Position numbers and translations under genes: made by a program. Below are positions 33,102 through 47,147 of a stretch of 64,000 nucleotides of DNA, in pieces. The stretch is from contig JBBPEB010000004.1 of the NCBI GenBank assembly GCA_039096225.1, positions 434,001 through 498,000 on the forward strand. Direction: 5' to 3'. Numbering within the stretch: the first letter of the stretch is position 1; each line of letters begins with the position of its first letter. Source of the DNA: Blastocystis sp. Blastoise (taxonomy: Eukaryota; Protista; Bigyra: Opalinata). Below the pieces are notes generated by a model. It ran no database searches, was not told the DNA's origin, and was given only the letters and a program-made list of their open reading frames with translations.

Positions 33102-35726
33102 ATGGATATGTTCAACAAAGACGATACTTCAGTTCCTCTTTTAAGCTCTGAGTACACTGATACAGGTGTTTATTCTACTTCTTCAAAACAACTTAATCAA
33201 CTTCCTACAATTTTTCCCAATGGTTCTACTAGTACTGCTTCTCCAAAGCAAGAAGAGAATCCTTTCGATATGGAATTACCTCCTCCAATCCCTTATTCTT
33301 CAAAACCTACTGTTTCTACACTGACTCCTCCTCCTCCACCACCAACAGTTCCTAAACCTGTATTAGTAACAAGCAAACCAAGAGCATCTCCTGTTGATCA
33401 GCCTATTATTCCTTATGTATCTATTTTAAAGATATTTTCTTGTATCATTTCTTTTCCTTTTTTTCATAAATAATTGATATATATTCTAAAGGGTTACGAT
33501 ATTAATGGATCACTTCAAATTGATATTTCTGTTCCTGTTCGCCCTATTATCAACAAAAAAATCTGTATATACATTTTTTTATAGTGTTTATAGACTATTT
33601 CATGTAATTATTGTATTCATTATTGACTATATTATTTCTAGTACCTAAAGGAATTATGAATCGACGTGAGATTATCAATGATATTTCAAAAGAAGAAGCT
33701 CTTGCTGCATTACATACTTTTGTTAAAACACAAAAATGCTGGAGTCAAAAATTATTATCTCAAATGGAAGTCACTAATGTATATATATATATATATTATG
33801 TATTTATAAATGTTATTATATATATATTTAATAAATGTTATTATTATATATATTTAATTATATATATTATATATTTAATAAATGTTATTATATATATATA
33901 TTTAATTATATATATTATGTATTTAATAAATGTTATTATATATATATTTAATTATATATATTATGTATTTAATAAGTGTTATTATTATATATATTTAATT
34001 ATAATATATTAATATTATTCTAATTTTCTAATAATACTAAACTATATTTTATATATAGGAAGAACATTATAAATCTTATGTAGTAACATGGGAGAATTAT
34101 ACTGAAAGTCGAAGCTATGAATGGAAGGTTCAACCTTATGATAATCAACCTGTATATAGAATTATTTTAATATATAGAGATTAATAAGAATATTTAGAAT
34201 TATAATAATCAATAAAATTATTATAATATATAGAATTATGATACTATAATATTTCTTAACAATTATTTATTTTTTCATCTTTATGTTATTGTTATTTATA
34301 TTCTTATAATCATAATTATTATTCTAATTCTATATTAATTCATTTTTTCTTTTTATTTATAACAAATATTATTATTGTATATACTCTAGTTAGATGATTA
34401 TAAAAAAGGTACAGTACCTGATGTTTGGTCTATTGAATTACCTACTACTCGTGATTTCTATAAGAGAGAATCACATTCAAAAATACCTCATACAGAATTT
34501 ATTATGAAATGTAAAATATGTAATGGTTTAGATTTATATAATATGTATTGATTTATATTTATATAATATGTATTGATTTATATTTATTAAATATGTATTG
34601 ATGTATATTTATTAAATATGTATTGATGTATATTTATTAAATATGTATTGATGTATATTAAATAATATGTGTGTTATATATTATTATCATATTATTATAA
34701 TTGATTATTATGACTTATGATGATAATACTATACTTGTAATCAAGTTATTCTTATCTATCTTCTCCATTAATAATACTTCTTCCTATTTCTATTCTTTCT
34801 CTATAGGTTTAGGCCGATGTATATGTCCTCATTGTCATGGGAATCCTGTACAATTATGTGATTTATGTAAAGGTTCTGGTGGCTCAATTTCTTCAGTTTG
34901 TAAAGCTTGTAATGGAGTTGGAAAATCGGTATGTACTAATTGCCAAAATGGATATATAGATTGTGAACAATGTCATAATAAACAATATATGAAATATTAT
35001 CTTGAAGTATATATATTATTTTATTTTATTATATAATATTATTTATTTTGTTTTTTTTTAATTAATTATTTTATTTTAGTTATTTATTTATAGTGTTTTT
35101 TTTTTATTTATTATTATTTTTTATATTTTTTTATATATTATATTTATTTTTTTTTATATTATATATATATTTTTTATATTATTTTATATATTAATCTATT
35201 ATACATAATATATATAACTTCATTCAAAGAAGGATTGTTCTGAGGATGTTCGTGTTATAGATCAAAGTGGCATGCCTTATGAATATGTCAAGTTTATTCG
35301 CGGAGATCTTGATTTCCAAGAAACTAGTTCACGTCTTTGCAATCCTGCTGTTTTTGATGATAATTATTTGAATTTTGCATGTAATGAAATATACCAAACA
35401 AGTGTTCAAGTATTTATAATCATAAATCATAATAATAAATCATAATAAATCATAATAATATAATCATAATAATATAATCATAAATCATAATAATCATAAT
35501 AATATAATCATAAATCATAATAATCATAATAATATATATATAGAAATTAGAAGATAGTTATGATTCTGTATTAAGTCAACGATTCTCTTTATATTCAATG
35601 TCTGTAACTAAATTGGTATGTGTCTATAATAATGCTGCATTTAATGTATGGGTATTTGGTAAAGATAAGAAAGTATATGTACCAGATTATCCTGTTCAAA
35701 GTTGTGGATGTTGTGGCATATTCTAA
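33102..35726 (+). CDS. SSUH2: SSUH2/ssu-2 homolog (DnaJ-type Cys-rich protein with C-terminal CaaX)
   Basis: ENYTESR, PDVWSI, KIPHTE, repeated CxxCxGxG, VWVFGKDKKVYVPDYP..CGCCGIF*. Confidence 0.85.
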
Positions 35727-36494
35727 GTATTATATATATAATTTAATTTATATATATATATACATGAGTTCAGTTTTTTCATTTATTTTATTTTTATTTC
35801 AAATATTATATTTGTTTGATTTAATCATTCATTTGTTTTTCTTTTTAAATTATCTATTGATTTTTTTAATTACATATTATTTATTTGGTCTCAGTATGAT
35901 TATTCATACATGTCAATTGAAAACAGTTTATGTTATTATAGTATAGTTAATTATGATAATCAAAGTATTACTTTTATAGAGAAGATGATAATAATAGATA
36001 TAATTAACAATGATGTATCTTTCATAGTATGTTTGTTCTCATTATATATATATATAAAACGAATGAATGATTCATAAATAAAAAGGAAGCACTTTTTTTC
36101 ATAATGAGACGTTCTATAATTGATCTTTTTTTAACATGAAAAATACTCTTTTATATCCTATGAAAATAAATAACAATTTGCTATATAAACCCCTTATAGA
36201 AATAATAAAAGATTTATAACATTATTATCCGTATAAGAATGGCATTAATACTTTTTGTGAATAGAATATTTTGTTGAGATGTCTTTAAATAATCATGGTA
36301 ATAAAAGAATAATGACTCTTAAATTCACAAAATAATATAAAAATAATTTTCATGGGAGAAAAAAGAAATGACTTTGTCTTTTCAAAAGAAACATGTAAAA
36401 AAATAACAAAACAAATAATATATATTTTTAATATTCAAGACTCCTACTATCTTGATTTCTTTAAAAACTTCATTTATAATATAACTGAGAGAAT

Positions 36495-36863
36495 ATGGAG
36501 ATAGGTATATGAATACTCATATAAATAAATGATCCTCATAAATAATACTAGTTAATGATGACCCTGTAATTAAGGAATGTGATGTTTATCTCAGTCAAGA
36601 TTTATGCGATGGATTATATGTGTTGCATTATCCATTAAGACCTTTAAGTAGACCGTTGGCTGTCCCTGATAGAGTTAGATATCGACCAAAGAATGAAATG
36701 ATTGAGCTATCCTATGATTTACCACATGATGAACATTATGACTTAGCTACACCAGAACAACAACGTGTTCAGGAAATGAAGTTGATATCTTCTCGTCATC
36801 CTGCAAAAGCCAATTATGCTGTAGGAATTATGAAAAACAATGCTCTTCATCTTACGCCTGTAT

Positions 36864-36894
<31 letters not shown>

Positions 36895-36938
36895 TTATTA
36901 TTTTAATATTTTTTTTATAAGATTAGACGTTTATATAC

Positions 36939-37017
<79 letters not shown>

Positions 37018-37900
37018 TATATAAAGGTTCGTAGTACATTATATATGAGACCTGATATTAGTTATATGAATGTGAATGATAGTGATGAAGAGAATAATGA
37101 GGATAATGATGAAGAAGAAGAAGAACCAGAAGAAGAACAAGAAGATATTGTAGATGCTAAATGTATATATATATATATATATATATTTATTTATCTATCT
37201 ATTTATTTATTTATCTATTTATTTATGTATTTATTTTAACAATAAGATGAATCATAATAATTAATATAATTATAACAATAATAAACATTAAAATACTACT
37301 CATACAATATCGTATATAATTACAATAACATATATATATAGTAATAGGAAAAAGATCATTTCGTAAACCTAAAGTGACAGAGGAAGAGAAGAAGAAAGTT
37401 CCTACTGAAATTAAAGTTGAATTCACAAAGAAAACAAACGATACTATTATGAGAGGACCAAGAAATTATGTAGAATTTCAAGCTATTGTCAATGATGAAC
37501 CTTGGATTGTATATTTATATTATTATTATTATTATCTTTTTTTATTAATAAAAAAATCATTATTTATTATTCATTTTATTTCATAAATTTCTTTATAATT
37601 ATATTATTAAATATCTTTAATACTATATAGCCTGTAAAAGTTCATTCAAATCAAGATCCAGAAAGTCAAACTACTTTTAATCGTCTTGTTTGTAAATCGG
37701 AAAATGAAGTAAAAACAGTAAATCCCCCATCAAAATATATCAAGACATTAAGAACAGCAGCAGATATTATTTATCCTGATTCAGCTGTAGATCCTGAGTG
37801 GAAATCATTAGCATCTCCTAATTATCCTGGAAGAGTTGATCAGAAATATTGGAAAGAATTAAGAAATCTTCGAGAACAAGTTAAAAAAGAAAACTTATAA
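36495..37900 (+). CDS. POLR3E: RNA polymerase III subunit RPC5 (Rpc37/Sin)
   Basis: DDPVIKECDVYL...LYVLHYPLRP, NYAVGIMKNNALHLTP|VRSTLYMRP, EPW. Confidence 0.9.
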
Positions 37901-37941
37901 CACTCATTTTTCACCTATTTTTTTTAAATTGTATTTTTATA

Positions 37942-37949
37942 TGTTTGTT
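37942..37949 (+). terminator. TGTTTGTT downstream polyadenylation element after RPC5
   Basis: About 40 nt after the TAA; the same motif is at 40782-40789 after the Hsp70 and 36030-36037 after SSUH2. Confidence 0.45.
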
Positions 37950-38218
37950 TCTATTTGTTCAAGTTTGTTGAGTCATAGAAAGTCTTTTATATATATAATT
38001 CAACTGAAAAAGCATGTTCTGTGATATACATATGTCTAATCCAAATTGACAATCCCAATAAAGCAGTGGTAAACTAGTATTTGTATTTATACCAAAAACA
38101 TATAGTCTTAAAATGAATTTTATTATATTTTTAACATTTAGTCTTGGCTTATTTATGGCAAAATAATAAAAGGAAAATAAATGGACAACAATTTATTTAT
38201 TCTATAAAGAGTGTAAAA

Positions 38219-39156
38219 ATGACTGATTATGCTGTCCTTGGTATTGATTTTGGTACAAGAAATTGTAGAGCTTGTGTAATTCATGATAATATGGATAATA
38301 TTATCTATGATGATCATGGAAATCGATTGTAATTGCTTAAATATTTTTATTAACTAATTGGTTATTATTAGCATGCCATCTTGTATTTTCTACAATGGAA
38401 ACGAAATTGTTGTAGGCGCAGGAGCCGTTAGTCAATCAAAAACATCACTCTCAAATACCATCTTTCATCCAAAACATTATTTAGATCATAGACCCTGTCT
38501 CAACGATCAAAATGAGAAAGTTAAAGTTGTACGTTTATTATCTAATTATCAAATTTATTCATTTTGTTTTTATTATTCAATTCATTTTAGAATACAAATG
38601 ATGAGTGCATTGAATTTACTGTTGATGGAGAAGAAGGAGAACATAAAGTTAAAATTGAAGAAGCCATTTCTGAGCTTTTTAAGTCTATATTTCAATATGC
38701 TTCTCAATCTACACATTATGATATTATTAAAACTGCTATTACTGGTATTTTTTATTTATTCATATTTATTATACTATTTTATATTTATTTATTTGTATAT
38801 ACTATTTTGTTATTCATATATATAACAAGACAATTAAAATTCTATTTTTTATGTATAGTCTCAGATGATCTTCCTGAAAGTGTTTATAAGTATATTCTGA
38901 AAGCTGCTGAAATAGCAAGTATATATTTCATGTTTTATATATATATATATTATTCATATTATTTTTATGATATAAAAATGTGAATATTTTTCTATATAGT
39001 ATTATTATTTTATATATTATTCTCTTCTAAATATATTATTGTTAATGATATATATATGTTTATATAGATCTTCCTAATCCTTGCATAGTAAAAGATTCTA
39101 TTGCAACTCTTCTTTCACATAATATGGATGAAAAAACAAACTCAGGTATATATATG

Positions 39157-39192
<36 letters not shown>

Positions 39193-40711
39193 ATAATATA
39201 TATGTTATAATATATATATATATATATATATATAGGAAAGGTAGTTCTTTTAGACCTTGGTGCCTCTACACCTTTTCTCTCTTTATATACAGTTAAAGTA
39301 TATATATATATATAACTATGATAATAATAAGTTTTAAAAGGTTACTATTATTATTTATAAAATAAATAGTATACTAGTATTTCATATTATAATATTTATT
39401 ATATATAGAGAGGTCTATTTCATTTAGAACACAATAAACGCGGGGATTCACCTGTTGGAGACTTGATAGATAATCTTCTTTATCCTTATATATTAAGTAT
39501 ATAATTATATACATTATTATTTTTATATTAAAATTAATTATATATATATATTATATTATATTAATATTTTTTCTTTATTTTACACTTTATCTATATATCT
39601 ATATATATATATATATAGATGAGGCTTGTAGAAAGGTAGGAAGAGGATTAGGTAGTAATGTGAAAGGAATTAATAAACTGAAACAAGCTATTTCTTTATG
39701 TAAAGAAAAACTTAGTACTACTAATGCTGCTGATGTATATATATATAATTATATATGATTCTATATGATTATATATATGATTCTATATGATTCTATATCT
39801 AATTATATATATAGATTGTAATAGATGGATTATATGATGGTATGGACTTTCATTTCAATTTAAACCGCGGGAGAATGGACACTATTACAAGAGATGTTTG
39901 TAATAAATTGACTACTTTTATTACCTCATCGTTAGCATCTATGAGCGTGTCTCCTGCAGATATAACTACTGTTATTGTCTCTGGAGCTAGTGCACTTATT
40001 CCTATGATTCAATCCACAATAACTACCGTATTCCCACGGGAATGTGTTCAATTCTCATCGAATCCTGATGAAGATAATGCTACTGGTGCTGCAAAATATG
40101 CCAATCAAATGGAGATGAACAAAAATATAACAAATTCTGATGTATACTATAATAAGAAAGATATATATATATATCTTCCTGATTCTCTGAAAGTTGCTAT
40201 TCCCACGGGAATACCTCTTCCTACTCATGTTACACTTGTATATATTTATATCTTTTTATTTTATCATTTCTATATATATTTATTATTAATATATTAAATC
40301 ATTTTTATATAAATTTATTATTATTATATAAAGGATCAAACAATTGATAAAGATATAGATATATATCCTATCCAAATTCTTATACCTAAAGTTGATTCTA
40401 CCTATATTCGTGTTTTTAAGTAAATATATTACATAGTACATAATTTATTAAATAATAATAATTATTTCTTTTAAAACTGAATTAAAAGATATTAAAGAAG
40501 GAACTATTGTTGAAGTCACTATTGGAGCCAATGTCTTTGAAGGTATCAAAGTCAAAATTGTCACTATGAATAAAGGTAATTATTAATTATCTATTTTTCA
40601 TATTCTTATTTGATTCCTATTCATTTATATCATATATATATAGAAGAAAAAGTTCTTTATAAAGAAGATCACTCTATTCCTATTGATACTCAACACATGA
40701 AACAAAACTAA
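38219..40711 (+). CDS. Atypical short Hsp70 (HSPA14/Ssz1-like, ribosome-associated complex)
   Basis: LGIDFGTRN, GNRFMPSCI, LLDLGAS, KEKLSTT, IDGLYDGMDFHFNLNR, NPDEDNATGAA, IPTGIPLP; no helical lid or EEVD. Confidence 0.8.
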
Positions 40712-41054
40712 TTTACGATTCATATTAATATATTTTTGTTTTTTTTAATTATTTGTTTTCCAATCAAATTATTTTTTCTTTTGTTTGTTTAATGTAAAGT
40801 GTATAGTTCATTTTTTTCACATTTATCTTCTTTTGGTTTGTGATTTTCTTTTCATATTTCTTTGTTAGTACAACTATGACTTGCTCATAGTTTTAGATTT
40901 ATAAAATGAGTATTTTAAGAATAAAATAACTCTATACAACAAAAATAACAAAGTTGATTTCTTTTTCTCAATTATTAATATCAATAAAGCGAATTCTTGA
41001 TTATTTTTTGTGGAAATTTTCAAAATATTTTTTTTTACTTAAAATTCATTTAAA

Positions 41055-44000
41055 ATGAGCTTATTATTGAAATTATACAGACCTGCTGCTCTTACTTTGA
41101 CAAGAGGTATTATTGCAACAAACTCGATTCGTACTTTTGCTTATAAGCCAAGAAAAAATGTTCAACAGAAGATAGTTCCAAAGAAAGAAGAAGATGATAC
41201 AGTAGATGATTCAGAAGTCATTTATTGGAAACCTGATATGAAGCCTGAAGATATTTTTGATGAGGAAGAAATGAAAGACTTCAAGGAGTCAGAAAAAGAG
41301 TATTTAGAGAGCTTGAATAAAGTTTCAGTTAAAGATCAGAATGAGGATACGAATAATTTCTTGAAATCTGAGAATATTAATCCAGAAGAGTTAGTAGGTT
41401 ATAATACTATAGTAAATAAGAATGCTGATCCAGCTACAGAGAGTCCATCCTTTATAAATGATATGGTGAATGAGTTTGATGATTTACTTGATCAGGATCC
41501 AGAAGCTAAAAAACAATTTGAAGAATGGAAGAAGAATGTAGATAATGTTATGGAAAGAGAGGCTACTACTGGAAAAGAAGCTTCTGAAGAAGAATTAGAT
41601 ACTGTTTGTAAAATTCCAGATATTATTATGGAAAAGATTATAAAGAAATATGAAAAAGAATTAAAAACAATTGGATTTCAACTTGATGTTGAAGTATTTA
41701 TTATTATTATATTTATATTTATTTATAGTTTTATTTATAGTTATTTATAGTTTTATTTAAAGTTATTTATAATTTTATTTATAGTTGTTTATTATTATTC
41801 TGTTTATATTTATTTATTATTATTCTATTTATATTTATTTATTATTATTCTGTTTATAGTTATTTATTATTATTATACTATTTATATTTATTTATGATAA
41901 TCATAATTTATATAGGAAAATGAAATATCAGATGATTCTGAAAAGAAAGAAAATATGACTCAAGTTGAAAAGAGTATATATATAATTATTCTATTTATAT
42001 TAATTATTAAAATTATTATTTACTTATTATTCTATTTATATTAATTATTAAAATTATTATTATACTTATTATTCTATTTATATTAATCATATAATTATTA
42101 TTATACTTATTATTCTATTTATATTAATTATTAAAATTATTATTATACTTATTATTCTATTTATATTAATTATTAAAATTATTATTATACTTATTATTCT
42201 ATTTATATTAATCATAAAATCACTATAGTGTTTCGTAATAATGAACCGATTCAAGAACAGGAAATAACAACAGAACCAAAGGCAAAAATTGGAAGAAGAA
42301 GACCAACGGTACATAATGAATAGATATAATCTTGTTTTATATGAGTTTTATTAGTTGTATATTATGTATTTATTTGTTTTGTTTATGTCCTGTTTGTGAA
42401 CGATATCTTAATTATCAACAAACAACATTTCTATAAAACATATAATATATATATATATTACATATATATTTGCTTTTCTTTTAAACTTCTTATTTCCGTT
42501 TTTTTTTAATAACTCCTGTTTCTATTATTCTTTTTTATCTATAGATATCGTCAGATATAAAGAATATCATTGAAAAACAAAATGAATTACCTTTGAATGA
42601 TTCTACAATAAATAATCATAAACAGTGCTCTATTCAGAACTCGATTATAATGAAATCGAGTAAAGATAATAATACAATTGAACATACTCTAGATTCTTCT
42701 TCTCCTTATTGTGATCATAATACTATAAATACAGTTAAAAATGATAAATATATATATAGAGGAAGAGGAAAAGGTATAATTATCCAAAATCATGAGAATC
42801 CTTCTGTTCCTACTGTGAATCCTAAGAATAATTATGAAAATAAAGAAGAAAAAATGTATATAGATGAGAATCAATTAGAAATAGAAATGTCTAACGCCTT
42901 AAAAGAAATGAAAGAAAATAAAAAGAATAAAGATACATATATACCTACATTAGATGTATATATATTTATAATAATAATTATATATTTATTTATATATTTG
43001 TTTTAAATTCATTTTATTTGAAAAATAAGTATAGTTTATGAATAATTTCTCATATATATATATATTATCATGAATATGAATCTATATATTATTCTATAGA
43101 CAATGCCAAAGGAAGCCATTGATGTCATTCACAACAGTAAATTATCTGAATATAATTATTTAATAGGAACAAAACCGTCTCTGGGTATGCTTATCTTATT
43201 TATATTTATTTTATTTTATTTTTATATATATTTATATAGATATTTTATTTATATTATAGATATATATTATTTAATATATATATATTATATATATATTAAT
43301 TATTATATATATAATATTTATATTATATCATATTATTTATATTATATCATAGTATTTATATATTATTTATATATTATTTATATATTATTTATATATTATA
43401 TTATATATGTATAACTCTAGAGTATTCTTTAAAGTCATATTCTCCTGCTTCTGAGAAACCAAATAAACAGAAAATAGCTACTAGAAGACAACAACAAGTA
43501 TGTATAGACATATTACTTTATAATAATATATATAATAAATAATATTACTATTATTTATAAACTAGTATTTATATTAATATTCATTATATAGTTATCACAG
43601 CAAGTTCATTCTTTACTAGATATATGTTTAGGTCAGAATAGTATTCCACATCCGACCCTCCAATCCCTCAAGCAGGGAATACTAATAAAAGATGTTATTG
43701 TTAGTGCTGATTCTAGAGATATTACTGTCTTATGGGACATGCCTCCTTCTATGGCTTGTAGTATATTTATACTTATATAATGATTTTTATTATTTTTGGA
43801 ATATATTATTTTTAATAGTAATAATACTATTATTTTATATATATATATTAGGTACACCATGGTTTTCAGATCCAACATCCGCGCCAAGTCTTACCGCCAA
43901 AAGAGGGAAACATTATCAAAATGTATAATATATATATATATATCATTTTAATATACTAGTATTTATATTATATATATATTTGTCTTCCTAGAAACCTATG

Positions 44001-44350
44001 TCTACCAATTCTCTTATAACAGCAGAAGATGTATCTAAAGCTCTTATTGAATCCAAAGGAAAAATCCGTTATTTCCTTGGGAAAAATCTCAATTTAAGAG
44101 TATGTATATATATTTATTTTTAATTCAAAATAGACTATTATTATGAATGGTTTATAAAAATTATTATTTTATATATTATTTTATATATTATTTGATATAT
44201 TATTTGATATAATATTCTATATTATAGAGAGTTCCAGATATTCATTTCCGAATAGAAAAACGTAATAAATCAGATACACCAATTATGGATATATTAAAAG
44301 AAGACGAACAAAGACAAAAGGATCTTGAAACCATATTAAAACGTAATTGA
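41055..44350 (+). CDS. RBFA: Mitochondrial/MRO ribosome-binding factor A with long acidic N-terminal extension
   Basis: Presequence-like N-terminus. C-terminal RRQQQLSQQVHSLL..IKDVIVSADSRDITVLW..SKALIESKGKIRYFLGKNLNLRRVPDIHF matches the RbfA KH-like signature. All junctions are in frame. Confidence 0.75.
41985..42210 (+). repeat. About 42-45-bp intronic tandem repeat
   Basis: Unit resembling tacttattattctatttatattaattattaaaattattatta repeated about 5 times. Confidence 0.75.
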
Positions 44351-44655
44351 GAAATATGATTACAAAATAATATTTATACATATATTGTAAAAAGGGGATA
44401 CTTTATTTAATAAATAATTAGTAGTTTTAATTAGTAATTCTTTATTTATAATAATATTAACACTACAATAGTAACGTATGAAACAAATTGTACAACAACT
44501 CAATACTAATTCATTAGATATAACTAGCAAACAAAAAGAAAAAAGATTTAAAAAAAGAGAGAATAAAAAAGATAAGAAACGTGAGAATAACACAAAAGAA
44601 TGCAAATTAACAATATAGATTGTTTCAATAAATTTATAGTATAAAATAAGAATAA

Positions 44656-44895
44656 TTACTTAGGTTCTTCATCACTACTATCAACATAATCACTTGTATC
44701 ACTTTCACTTGACGATTCTCCAAAATCATGAGATTTATGAAAAATACAGCATTTTTTTGATGATTTCTTATGCATATTCTCATTATTCACAACATCTTTA
44801 TTCCAAGTAACATGCTTTCGTTTATGGAGTATAACCGTTTTAATGTTCTGTTTCTTGTTCGATGTAGTCACCACTTTAGAACTTTGCTTTTCCAT
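44656..44895 (-). CDS. PPP1R11: Protein phosphatase 1 inhibitor-3 (PPP1R11/Ypi1)
   Basis: KHVTW (RVxF-type), [29 protein letters not shown]. Confidence 0.93.
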   Translation of the reverse strand: MEKQSSKVVTTSNKKQNIKTVILHKRKHVTWNKDVVNNENMHKKSSKKCCIFHKSHDFGESSSESDTSDYVDSSDEEPK

Positions 44896-45001
44896 ATTTG
44901 ATTTTGGTCTTATAAGATCTTTATTTCGATATAAGGATTTCAAAGTATGTTTTTAATCCTTTTTGTAAGTCTTTAATAAAAAAGAATTAAAAAATTGAGA
45001 A

Positions 45002-45016
45002 AATCGAATTCCCACG
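45002..45016. promoter_or_regulatory. AATCGAATTCCCACG element in the PPP1R11/methyltransferase divergent promoter
   Basis: Matches 4301-4316 except for one A. Confidence 0.55.
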
Positions 45017-45157
45017 TTATTAATTCTGTTCTTTAAGGAAAAATACGCTGTTCTGTTTTCAATAACCGTAGGAAAAGGGATTGTGACTCCAGTCGATTTA
45101 TTTTGAGTAATACTTAATAAATCAGTTAATCAGTTATTGATTGTTAATATCAGAAAT

Positions 45158-46176
45158 ATGAGTGATACTATAAAACCTATTGTTGATGATATTCAAGAAC
45201 CTCCTCCAGGAACAACTGAAAGTTGTGGTACATCATGTTGGAAATGCAATGGAACAGGAAATCTAACGATAAAGAAACAAAAGAGAGTTTGTAATGTCTG
45301 TAATGGAAATAAGATTATTATATCTGAAGTTAGAAGGAAACTTTATCATCAACCTGGGAAAATTATGGAAGAACGAAGATGGCCTAAAGATTATATTATT
45401 CCTGGTCCTACTTGTTGTGGTTTCCAAGAGAATCCCGAATTACAACCAAAAGAAGGTGAAGTATGATTTAATACTCTATATATATATATATAATAATAAT
45501 ATAATGCTTTTTATATCTTATTTAAGAATTTCTATATATATGTGATTTGTTATATATAATACATTATTTATATATTCAATATATAAATATATATAATATA
45601 TTTAATATAATTGAATATATAAATATATTATATATATTTATATATTCAATTATATATAGTCTTTATGTAGTTTAGCAGGTTATTGGAAAATATTTCAACG
45701 TCAAGGGGGTCATCGATTTAGTACTGATGATATTGTTACAGCATGGTGTGCGTCACAATATATATTATCATCAGGATTGGATAAAATAGATGGTATTCCT
45801 TATTTAGATATAGGATGTGGATTAGGAAGTGTATTATTATTTATTTCATGGAAATTCAGCAGTTTTCAGTCAGTTGGAATTGAAGCTCAGAAAATTAGCT
45901 ATTCGTTAGCTAAACGATCTATTTTATATAATATAGGAAATAGTGATCGAATTAAAGTATATTATATAATGTTTTTATTGGTTTCATTTATGTATTATAC
46001 TTATTATCCTCTTCTTCTTATATTATTATTATTATTATATTATATTTATTATTCTATATATAGGTATACAATGGTGATTTACGTGATTTTAATATACTTT
46101 CTAATGATAAAAAGTTCAAAATAATCACGGGAACGCCACCTTATTTTAAGAATGGAGAAGCTGCTCTTCCTTCTAA

Positions 46177-46270
<94 letters not shown>

Positions 46271-46367
46271 CTATTTAAATGTATTTTCATATTTGATTTT
46301 TCTTAATTATATAAATAATATATTTTTATGTTATTTATTAATCAAAGTGTTTTTTTAATCATTTCAT

Positions 46368-46461
<94 letters not shown>

Positions 46462-46478
46462 ACATAATAATAATAAAC

Positions 46479-46513
<35 letters not shown>

Positions 46514-47147
46514 TATTTATTAGGTTGATCAAAAAGCGTGTTTATTTGAGTTTCGCGGGGGAGTTGAGGAGTATTGCCGGGCAGCTGGTCATTATTTAAC
46601 GGAAGATGGTCATTTCTTTGTTGTGGAGAGTTATTTATGTAAAGAACGAATTGATGAAGGAGCAAAATTATATGGTATATATATATGATATATCTATTAT
46701 ATTTTTTTATGATATTATATCATTTATATAATGTTTTTTCTTTCTATTAACTCAAACAACTATATAAAGAATTTTTTTAAAGTAATACTAATATATATAT
46801 ATATATGTAGATTTAGAGATTGTAGAACGATGGGATATTATTCCAAAAGAAGGGAAACCTGCTCTTATTTGTGTGGCACACTTAAAAAGGAAATCAAATA
46901 CAGTATCTAAAGTATGTATTTTTTATAAAAATAATTTATTTATAGAAGAATACTTTCTTTATATAATAACAATATATATATATAGTACTATCCTTTACAT
47001 ATAATAATAATTCGAAATAAAGAGAATCAGCATACTCATCAATATAATCAAATATTAATAGACATGGGTTTTCCTCCTCAGAGAAATGTTGGGGATGTTG
47101 AAGACGCAATTATTGAATCAGAAGAAAACGACCAAAAGAAAGAATAA
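45158..47147 (+). CDS. SAM-dependent amino-methyltransferase, TrmN6/YfiC (tRNA A37-N6)-like, with N-terminal CxxCxGxG zinc finger
   Basis: IFQRQGGHRFSTDD, motif I YLDIGCGLGSV, GIEAQ, motif IV ITGTPPYF, CLFEFRGGVEEYC; N-terminal CWKCNGTG..CNVCNG. Confidence 0.8.
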
